From: Ptychomitrium polyphyllum
Taxonomy: Eukaryota
Length of the DNA: 64,000 nucleotides
Assembly (NCBI GenBank): GCA_973851085.1
Contig: OZ316775.1
Span: 2,480,001-2,544,000, forward strand
Direction of reading: 5' to 3'
The notes beneath the pieces were generated by a model. It was not told the origin of the DNA. It worked only from the letters and a program-made list of their open reading frames with translations, and made no database searches. This document shows positions 53,415-64,000 of this stretch, piece by piece. Numbering within the stretch: position 1 is the stretch's first letter; every line of letters starts with the position of its first letter. Made by a program: the position numbers and the translations under genes.

Positions 53415-56400
53415 CTACGCTTCAGTTAAGTTTCTTTGGTCTTCGGGTGAATGCCCGTCGTCTACTAGAAGTGGCTGCAATGTTAAGAGCAATTCATTAG
53501 AACACGATCGAGATAGGGTTTGTTTGTGAAAAGGCTTGCAAACATTGGCCACTTTTAAGTCATGCATAGAGAAATTCAAGCTGTTTTCGATAGTTCACCA
53601 GTGAGCTTGTAAACAGACCTTTGTCAAAGGTAGTGCTGAGGTCGATAGCTTTGAACTGAAGGAATGTGACCGTAGCAAGGCTTCCTGTGCCTGCAATCAC
53701 ATCCACCACAATGCTCAAACTGTTAATTTATCTCTTTCTACAGTTGGTTCGGTTATCACTAAGATCCAAAACTCATGAGTTCTCAATTAGAAGTTGAGGT
53801 TATGAGTTGGGTTCACACCAGTTGATCCCAATTTGGACAGAGAATGATGGAGATGAGGGCTATAATTTGAGTCACCAGGCCGCAACCCATCCCCAGCCAT
53901 AAGCCCTGGAATGAATGATAACGTCAAGATGAGGATCCCTCCGGGAAAATCGAAATAACTCTAACAGATTTTTCTAGCATAAACTATGAAGCTACCAAAT
54001 TCCATTCCAAGTCAATCTATGGCATTTCACCCATACATCATAATTGCACTTTGGATCTTTCACGATATCCAAACTGAAAATTCTATAACTCACATTTCAC
54101 ATTGTTGGCAATAGCGACCAAAGTCGACTTCTTAATCTTACCTTTGCATCAACGTGGAACGCAAACACTGAGGTGAAAGCGACAGGTAATCCAACTGCGT
54201 AGTAGGCTCCCAGATTGGCCATAGCACCTGCTCGCTGCCAACCAATTCCTCTTACCACTCCTGCATTTTAACATAAACACGTCTACGAATACAGATCCCT
54301 TCTTTGCTGACAACCTTTAGCGTTAACTTTCAACTGCACCTAGCTTGTGAAAAGAGCCATCCTACTTGGATGCATTTTGTTGGGGCCAAAAAAGAATAAC
54401 TATTATAGTTCTTGATGTCCCTAGCCCTTTCAACAACCTATCCGAAGAACTAGAGCTCAATACTAACTCCGTCTTGAGTCTACCTGAGTTTGGATCACCC
54501 ACAATTTCTAAACAAAGATAACTAGTCAATTCACTGAAAGCAAAGAGGGTCCTGTCAAAACCTGAAAGAATAGCCCCAAAGGCGTAAAGAGTAGCAAGTA
54601 CTGCAAGGTAAGGTGCAGTATGTGCTACATGATGCACCACTTCCAAGTCATTAGTAAATGCCCATCCCCAAACATCACGGAGGGAGTAAATGAGACTGGC
54701 CATAACAATCCCGTACACCAACCCAATGACCACAGACACAGCAAGGACTGAGCGTGCTGCATGCGCCTTTCCTGCTCCCAGCTCATTCGACACTCGAACG
54801 CTGCAAACACCGTAACCAGATTCTTTAAACATAATGAATCACTAGAATGATCATTTCTATCAGCTAATTAGGAACCGCTGCAATTGTTGAGCCTGATGGA
54901 CGTGCAAGGGTTTAAATTTCATTCAAATTGCACTACAAACTGTGTACTTTGCTGAACGAGAAGTGTGAAGTATTGCCTCCGAATTGCATCTCTAGAAATA
55001 CGTAAAAATTTACCTGCTTGCAACGCCGAGAGCAAGCGCATTCATATTTGATAATGATAGTAGCCCCATACTGCAACACATAGTAACACGGCTTCTTTAG
55101 CGTGCTACTGATGCCACGTCTTCAAATATCTCACATCTACAACAAGAACAATCAAAGCCGATACAATCACTTCAATTCATCAATCAATCATACAGTTAAT
55201 TCTCATGATGTGTAGTTCTTTTGGATCATTTAAGTACACTGGAGGTCCACAACTTATGGCGAAGACAGGGAAAAGTTTTGAAATCTCGTGTTCGTGTACT
55301 ACATCAAAGCCAGACCCCTCGTTCAGTGCATCTAGAGTGTGTAACAAGTACAGAACAGACGGAAATAAAAACTAGCACAAGACAAGCCAACAAACCAGAT
55401 CGCAAAAGATGAAAGATTCAGTTTGGAGTTAGGAAGCAGGCCCGCCAACAACGTAAGAACTTCGTGCGCCCAATGCTCCAAGCTGCCACATCAAAGAGAA
55501 CTAACCTCATTAGCAGCTAAAAGCAATTGTGTCACAGGCAGAACAGCCCAATCCATTCTGTAAGGATTATGTCATTGACATCCTCTTGTCACAAATTATG
55601 TCTTCTACAAATTACATATTTCTACATTATTCCAACTTCATTCATGTAAGAAGATGGCGTGCTAGAGCACATACCACACCATGGTTGCAGATGGTATAGC
55701 GAGGTGAAAGAAATCCCCGAAATCTTGGAACGCATCCCAAGTAAACGAAGGGAAGGTCTTCTCAAAACGAGGCGAGAATCTTATGAAAGAGAAAAGAAGA
55801 ACCAAATTGATAGCTGCGGAAATATTGAGCGCTATTGCTGAGCCTTTGAAGCCCACGTCCAGTTTATCGACAATGAGCCAGCAGAGTGGCACATGGAACA
55901 TTACCGTCACCGCAAAGCACAACATCAACTGAAACACAGCACGCTGCGTCTGGAAGAACTTGATGAGCGGGAACAAAAACCCGTAAGAAACTATGAGCGG
56001 GAGGAGCCAAAATGTGTAAGATTGCGCAGCTTGCGCAATAACGGGGTCCTCCCCCAAGGCCACCAAAATGTTCCCCATGTTGAGCCAGATGAGACCGATG
56101 GGCACGCCTGCCGCTATAAGGATGAAAATGGCTCGTTGCAAGAAGACACCCAGCAAGTGGTACTGCTCCGCTCCGTAAGCTTGCCCACAGAGCGTCTCCA
56201 TCGCACTCGCCATCCCCGCCTTCACAACAGCACAGGCTCAATTGTCAAGCGTGCCACAGCCAAGAGTTCTAGGACAAGTTTGAAAAAGGAAGGTGATGGT
56301 TTCTACCAGGACAATGAACCCGGTCATGGCCGTGAAGGCGTTGGCCAACGTGATAACGGCGAGCGGGAAGGGGCCGAGATGGCCCACGACGACGGTGCCT

Positions 56401-56663
56401 GACATGGCCATTATGTATTGCAGTAGATACATGCCCATGATGGGACCGGCAAGCCAGCACTGCTCGCGCACTTCGCCCCACACCCACCTTGAGGTGGCTT
56501 TCTCCTCCGGATCATGGCTCACTGGGTTGTTGCTATGGCCATCGCTCAAGGGCCGTGTGACGGCAATGAAATTCTCGGCAACAGTAAACACCGCGGGGGT
56601 GATGGACGGCGGGTTCACTTCCCCGTTTATAAGCGGCTCCGTGAAGTCTTCGCCAATCGTCAT
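53415..56663 (-). CDS. MATE (DETOXIFICATION/DTX) efflux family transporter
   Basis: VVVGHLG, GMASAMETLCGQAYGAEQY, KFFQTQ, LAIPSATMVCLEHWAHE, SVRVSNELGAG, LSGVVRGIGWQ..NLGAYYAVGLP, GLWLGM. Nine coding exons; stop TAG 53415-53417. Confidence 0.93.
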
Positions 56664-58397
56664 CGTGCACTACTCCACTTGTTGACGCCAACAAGATCTG
56701 CGTCTCTAGAAACAGAGGCGTTGGAGAGAGATGATGTATTTCAGTTGGAAGTAGTTTGTACACGAGCGGAAAGTCATTGAGCTGACAACTGGAATGACGG
56801 CAACATGTCTTAAAGCGACTCCTGAAAATTTGAAGGACATGAAGTTGATCAGATATAACTCCAAACCCTCCACTTCTTTGCACATTTCAAGAACATGAAG
56901 ATCATAACTTTCATAAGGGAACTCAAGAAGAGATTTGACGCCCTGTTGTTGCAACCGTCTATTTCAAAGTCATGTGTTTAAGAAACCCATCGATCACAAC
57001 TTTGCTGAAGCAGTCATGTGTCAAGAGATGGCAGCTAACAGAATAAAAGTACTCAGCTTCCAACGGTAGACTGTCACAAAAGCGGCTGAATTCTACGCTA
57101 TCTTCCCCGAGTCCAACCAAGTTAACTCAACAAGGAGTGCAATGATAGGAGCAGAGAGGGGGAAGAACGTAAAGATTGAGCAGAAAATTACCTCAAGAGT
57201 GACCGGCAAGGTGCAATCACAGGCACCTCAAGTACAGCATAGTAGGCAGTTTCGAGACAATGAGAGTCGATAGCTCAGTTTCAGATAAATCAAAGAAAAA
57301 GGTGAGAAAAGGGCCTGCCGGCTACAATGCGACATATCTACCGGAAACTAAACGTATAGAACGCCCCAGATCTACTTTACATTGGCTGACGGTACGTCCA
57401 CAACTGATCAACTGTACATAAGCAGCATCTGAGACTCTGCAAACCACGCTGCTAATCCAAAGAAGCTCCCCTGGAAGAACACTGGTGACCGATTCAACCT
57501 TTGAAGGTTCCGCCAAAAAACCTTGCACCACAGACGAGGAGTACGCACGTCGGCGGACCAACCGAGACACAACTCCAGAAAATCCGCAAACTTACAACAA
57601 GGACGTACTGCTAGTACTGATCCGCTTCACCACTTGGTTTCACAGGAAAACTGATCCCAAGTCGTGAATTCTCTCGCTGACGATCACACCAACTTGTGGT
57701 CCAATTATAACAACGAGCTGACCTGCAAAAACTGAAACAAGGGTCTGATCGGATCGATCAGAGTCACGCCATCCAATCGAGGGCAACGTCACCCGTTTAC
57801 AATATGTCTAGACTCTAAACAAATCGAAGTTCTGAGATGACGACCAGGTTACTCACACACTGCCGACCTTAAGCATGCGGACTGTGAGATCTCGAGAGAA
57901 AGCAAAAGCTGGGGATCGAGTGCGACGACCATATTGCAAAAGCATGACTGATGGCGCCATTGCCTTGACTACCCCACCGCCTACAGTGCCCCAGTTTTGG
58001 TGCTGCTGGGTCGTGCGGGTGCCTTCACTTCATGCTTCCTAGCATGCGTGCATGCGGACAAGTTTCTCCCTGAGAGCTGCCGCAATTCACGACAGGCAAG
58101 AAAAGTTGTGGTCCTCGAGAAAAAAACCTCGTCATGATACGTCAGTCGATCTGCACTCAAAAAACAGAATCTTTTGTCACCTGGCGTTTACCGTCGTAGT
58201 TGATAAACAGCATCGAAAGTGCTGTGTAGTTAATTTCTAACGCTTAGAGGACCTTGTTCACGTTTAGAATTCGCGATGGTTAACATCTCGTAGAATTGAA
58301 AGGTTTTAGACTAGGTGACTCTAAATACAATCTTTCGTTTTGTAATTTAGTTGGGAGTCGTCCCAGAGTGGCGGTAGAGCGTCCGCTGTTGGGTAGT

Positions 58398-58451
58398 GCC
58401 ACGTGGGCTTCTTTTTCCACGTCTGCGGTGTTTTCGAAGGTCCGACGTGGC
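58398..58451. promoter_or_regulatory. G-box/ABRE cluster
   Basis: GCCACGTGG (58398), CCACGT (58417) and GACGTGGC (58444) within 55 bp, upstream of the MATE gene. Motif match only. Confidence 0.4.
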
Positions 58452-58559
58452 TTGGGTGACATGGGCACAGTTCTGATTCGGACTTGGCCGGTCAATTTAC
58501 TTGAAGTGAATCAAACTCTTCATAGCAATATCAGTTAACCTCATATGCCAATCATTTGA

Positions 58560-61500
58560 AGGTGGACTATTATTGTGGCAAGAGTGTCGTGTAGGAAGAA
58601 GTGGACTTTACCATCGTTTGTAAGTCATATGCATTAACATTGTATAGAAAATCATTCCCAAAGTACCTAAAGTGACCGTTTTCTTGATATTCTTGGTCAA
58701 TGTACAAAACATGTAATGAAGATGATAACGAGGTGATGTTTGGACTCCTTGAGTTGATGATTTTGACAAATTCTGGATTCACTCCAACTTTTAGAGTTGT
58801 AAGCCACCCTTCATTTTCCTCCTTTGTTTCATCCAAACCCATGACCTGTCAGCAAAAACAAAATGCTTCATGATATAGTAGTATTGCTCTTGAAGGTGGG
58901 GTGTTTGGAAAGGGTGCCATAGATGCTGATTCTGTGCCCATGTCTTATGCTTGGTCTCATTCACAAGATGGCCAGCTCTTAACGTGAGAATCCTGTGAAT
59001 GATGCAAAGGAATTGCTTCAGAAAAGGAATTGCTTCAGAAAAGGAATTGCTTCAGAAAAGGAAGCGTAGCTGTGGATGATACTCTGGTTTACTGTTGGGA
59101 TTGAGAAGGGCAATGTACTTAAGGAAAGCACAACAGATATTTTGAGTTGTCCTCTGTGAACATTGGACAAAAGACAACTTCTTTGAGCCTTTTCCAAGCT
59201 AAGGCAGGAGGGCCTACACTCCAATTGCACCCAATTCCAACAGCTACAATAGCTTCAACTAAAAGTACCTGTAAGGCTATTGAATCTTCAGAACTTTTAG
59301 ATGTTCGTTTTAGAGCCATGTTGTTTTTTGACTTTGATAATAAATTTGTAATAAATTTGTTCAAAACCCACAAAGCACAATCTTTCAAATTTTGGATTGC
59401 TTTTGAAAATGAGGATTTAAGATACTTGGTTGCAAGTATATTCAACATGTGTAGGTATGCTCAGTTGCTTAAAGTAGTGAAATTAAATGCTCCAATTTCA
59501 TTCAAAGGAATCCAAACAATCCACACACTTGACTTTTTTAAGATGATTACATCTTTATGTGCATTTTATTTTAGGCTCAAAACTACCATGGAACAAATTA
59601 ATGGAGATTGTAGAATTTTGATATCAAGTAAAAGTTCTTAAAGGTTTTGAAATATCTTATGAAAAATGTAGATTTCTATGTAATCAAAAGATAATTATTG
59701 ACTATCTTGTAATTCACAACAAGTGTATAAAAATGTATTTTAGACAACCATAATAGTAAATGCATTCTTTAGACTAGCAACATATTTATTTCTATTAATT
59801 AAAAGTATTAAATTGTGCCGTAATAATTTCTTGAAATTTTATATTGTTTTTTGCAAGTAATTAATTCAATATGTAGCTTTAGTTAATCATGTGGAAGATG
59901 TTTTGTAATATAAATATAGAAAATTTAAATCTTGTGATATCATAAATATGTACTTCTTCTTATTCAAAGCCTTGTTTAAAGTTTTAGAAAAAAAAAATTT
60001 ATATATATATTTTAATTACTTTCATATTATAATCATTTAAAACATTTCTATAGCTCATTACTTTTATTTTCAAAAGAAATTTTTGATATGAATTTGTTTG
60101 TCTACAAATTTTTAACTTGCATATTTTTTTTGGAACAAAGGAAGATCTAGCATTTGTGGCAATTGAACTTATTGAACTTTGAAAGCTTTTAGTTTTTATT
60201 TTAAAAAAAATTTAGCTTTTTAAGAAAAAGATTTATTTTAGTGACAATTTTTCTTTCCATTTTAATCAATTTAAGTGCATCTATTTCCAAAGGATATATT
60301 AGAACACAATGGAATAATCTTTAATGCTAAAACATTTAATGGCACTTATTAAGTGCAAGGAAAAACACAATAGATATTTTCATTTTTAGATTTTGTTCTT
60401 AGTACCTTTCATAATTTCAAACATTATTGCCTTGACCTTCCAGTTTTAACTCATTTCATATTGTGCTAATTTATATTTTATGGGCATATTATAGGAGTGA
60501 AGTTGGATTAATAGCCTGAAAGATCATTTTGTATACATCAAGTAAAGAATGCTTGTTTGGATTGTAATGACCAAGAAGTAACGATTTAGAAGCTACAAGT
60601 TTGGTAATAATGGCAAGTATTAGTGCAAATTGCCTTAAGCCTTTAGAAAGTTGCAGATACTAATTTAATAGTTCTATGGTGCAGATTAGAAGTTGAACTT
60701 GAAGATTTGATTATAATATGATATAGAAGGTGGTATAAAAAAATCATAGTCCATTTGAATATGGTATACTATACCTTTATCTTTATTAGATCCTTTATAC
60801 ATTCAAATCATATTCATCTTTTGAATTCTATTTGTAACTTCTAAAATTATATATAAAATTTGCAATCTAAAAAGAAATGATAAACATGCTATAAAACTAT
60901 AAAACATTAGGTTTTTTTTTTTTGAAGGAATTTTTTTAATTAAAGACGATTTATTTCTTTGTCAAAGTTCAATATATTCCAAAAGCAAGGAAAAGTCTAA
61001 ATTCAAAAGACGAATATTTGAGTTAAAAATTAGAACCAAGATGAAATATGAAAAAACATAAAAAATTGTAATTGGAAGACTTCTATGGTCATATCAAATA
61101 AGTAAAAAGAGAAGTTTAGAAAATAAATTCATTAAATAGAAAACTTCAAAAGTTTAAGAAAATGTTTTAAAATTATAAAAAAAAAAACGCCTTAGTGGAA
61201 AATAAAATTAATCACATTAGTATACACAATATTGAATTTGCAAACAATTTTTTTGAAAATCAATTGAATAAATGTTTAGTGTCTTTGAAATTAATATCAA
61301 ATATAAAAGCCAGCATTTAAGAAAAAAATCAAAAGGAATATTAATCACAAAAGCAAATGTATTAAAATCCATTCTTTTGGAATTAAAATGATTATTTCCA
61401 AAACTCATGCTATAGCTTTAGAAGAGAATTCCAAATTGTATGTAAACTTCAAGGTTTTCATCATCAAACCACTATGATCATTCATTGCATAAAAATAATT

Positions 61501-62550
61501 GAAAGTTGAAAATTAAATACAAGTTCGTATTAAATCCAAAAATTGATGTTTTATTTTGCATCTTAAATCACCAAAAATAGAATAGATAGCAAGTGAAGAA
61601 GATTGCATTTCAAATGCATGTAGTCCATCCACTACTTAATGTTTGCAACTTAACCTAAATTATTCAAAATTTCATTAAAATAAGATAAAATAAGATAAAA
61701 TAGTAATTTATTTTATTTGATGAAAAAAATGTGCAAGATATTGGAAATCAAAATTTGGTCACTTGCACACTTGAAATATTTCAGTTTTGGAATAGGTGAT
61801 TATAAAGTGTAATTATCTAGATATCCATAAATAGACATTTATTAGATTTTATTCTTTAAAAGTAACAAGTATTAAAAGCATTAAATTTGAAATTATAATT
61901 AAAAATATTAATTATTATCTTATTTTTGAATAGTATTTGAATAATCTTGTATTTTAAAGATTAATGTTGAAAGGCTTTGAGCTTAGGCATAAAATTTGAA
62001 ATAATTTAAGAAATGGTTTTAAGATAATTATTTATTTCAAGTTTCTTTCTTTAAGATGCATTGCAAAACTTGAATTTTTCAAGTTGAAAGCTTTTTAAGA
62101 TGAATTTCAGCTACACTCGATTTTGAAGATAGAAATGCATTGCAAAATTTAACACAATTTTCATTAAACGAATTTGAAATAAGAATAAATTCTATAGAAT
62201 CATTCCTGTATTTCTTTATATTCAACATTTCTTCAAGTCTTTCATTCAAAAACTACCTTGAATACAAGGAAAAACTATATTTTGAACACACTATCAAAAA
62301 TCACAAAATACCTCTATTCTATGACAACAAATGATATAATCCTTAGATCTAACATTATTATTCTTATCCTTTATTCTTTCTCATTCACGTCTTATGGAAG
62401 TCAATATCCTAAACTGAAAACTTATAGTTTAAAAAAAATAAAAATTGTCTCACTACTTTTCCATTTTTTTCTATTAACTTTTCATTAACCTTCAATCTTA
62501 GTATTAAAGATTATTCAATAATATCCCTCATCTAACCTTTAAATCATATG
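58560..62550. mobile_element. Probable decayed transposon/repeat: broken ORFs grading into a very AT-rich tract
   Basis: Stop-interrupted minus-strand ORFs (58570-58842, 59119-59448), CpG depletion and an AT-rich tract at 59650-62550. No diagnostic domain was recognised. Confidence 0.35.
59006..59063. repeat. 17-bp tandem repeat (AAAAGGAATTGCTTCAG) x3
   Basis: Directly visible. Confidence 0.9.
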
Positions 62551-64000
62551 AATTACTTACTATGTCTCCTTTTCCAATGTCCATGTAGGCTTGTGGCCTT
62601 AGAAAGAACAGCCTCCCAATTGCTACTTACTGGCCTTAAGGAAAACATAAGTGAATACATGTTCTTAGGGAAATAGAAGCAAAAAAAACTGTTAAAAGGA
62701 AAAATGGCATAGCAAAAAAAGAACTTAACAGATGCTGTGTTGCAAGAAGGAAGAACAGTGACCACCAGTAGTCATTCCAATACCACTGAGAACACAAGTT
62801 TGCTTCAGTGGATGGGCAATGCACATTGTACCAACTGGCAAACTCTGTGTGAGATCGGTTAGTCTGTGCACCGCACCAAGTTGTTTTTTGAAGGGTAGAT
62901 ATTACAGTCAAGAGTGGAGACACGTTGGAAGTTGTATTTGATCTACTCAGGTTCACTTTCTGTCTGTCTCTTGGTTCCCAAACTTGGATCATAATTCAAT
63001 CAAAGGAATACTGCACGTCCCACTTTACAGAAGTTAATACTACAGCATACCATTTCCAGCTCACAACAGGGTTCAGTTTTTAGATAGACTTCTGGTTACT
63101 TGAGTTTGCAATTGGCTCCGTCATTGGGAGCCTTCAGTGAAGGAGACTTGATCCCAGTTGTGAGCTTTTAGCCAATGCCATTCCTGGATTTCATTTGGGT
63201 TTACTGAGTTGGACACTCATGTCTGAACATTGTCAAGCCCTTCTCAGTTCGCATAGGAGTACTGCACTTTGCCTGCTGACATCCTTGATCGTGACGTCCA
63301 TATTGTTTGGAAACGATGAGATTAAATGTGACATGTATTCTTCGATTTGCGTGCTCCTTGGGCAACTTCAACCAGTGACTTCTGATGCTGAAGTTGGTTG
63401 AAGGAGCTGCTTTTCTGAAGACGGAATTTTTGAAGGCTTCTGATTTCTAGCACTGTCAACTAGTTGTTACTGTCTTCAGGTTATAAAGCAGTCTAGGCCT
63501 GCAGTCAGTAATAATAGTTTAATAATAGTCTTAGACTTTCACACAGGAAAGCTGAGGAGAGAATCCAAAGTGGAGTTGGTAGACACATTGCTTAGAAAAC
63601 TGGACACGCTACTACCTGTCGACGGGTGTCCTCGTCAGTGGGCCAGTTGGAGCGCTCATACTCTTTAGTCTAAACAAACTGATGGAGCAAATGGTTAATA
63701 TAAATCAGTAATGACTAAGCCAGTCTAGATTGCCTCTGTTAAAGCCCATTGGAACCAGATGTCGTCTCTTGTGATACCAAAATGTAAATACGTACATCCA
63801 ATCCAGCAGTATACATGTGATGTCAAGCATCATAAAGTAAGAACACCCACTACCACACCATTACTGTTTAGAATTGTTCAAAAGCTTGACATCTTTGAGA
63901 AGCAATCAGGCACAAAAGTCCTCAACAATGCAGGGACTCAAACAGGGAAGAACACATTCTGGAACCAGATGCAATAGTTGTTCAAACGTTTACAGAAGAA

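Noticed and set aside
55864..56954. Multiple overlapping ORFs on both strands
   Set aside because: They are alternative frames of the GC-rich MATE exons.

Overview
Eukaryotic nuclear DNA from a gene-dense land-plant region. Gene content, intron style and protein sequences point to a moss/bryophyte (inference). The supplied ORF track uses prokaryotic start codons and ignores introns, so gene models were rebuilt by hand from GT-AG splice sites. In order: 5' part of UTP25/DIEXF (-), DUF674 gene (+), DUF674 pseudogene (-), SmD2 (-), RabH/Rab6 (+), an inverted pair of decayed ELIP copies, DUS1 (+), aldo-keto reductase relic (-), At4g08330-like zinc-ribbon protein (-), 2-phosphoglycerate-kinase-like P-loop protein (+), Kazal-type inhibitor (+), tRNA-Glu(CTC), RING-HC E3 ligase (-) apparently nested in the 4.2-kb intron of a MIC10-like gene (+), isopropylmalate isomerase large subunit (-), AT-rich block, Dr1/NC2-beta (+), MATE transporter (-), then an AT-rich, decayed repeat-like tail. 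No CRISPR, operon or clearly new multi-gene system was found. The best leads are the nested antisense RING/MIC10 arrangement, the ELIP inverted-repeat relic, and a recurrent TACCCG/CGGGTA promoter motif that is tandemly amplified in one bidirectional promoter.
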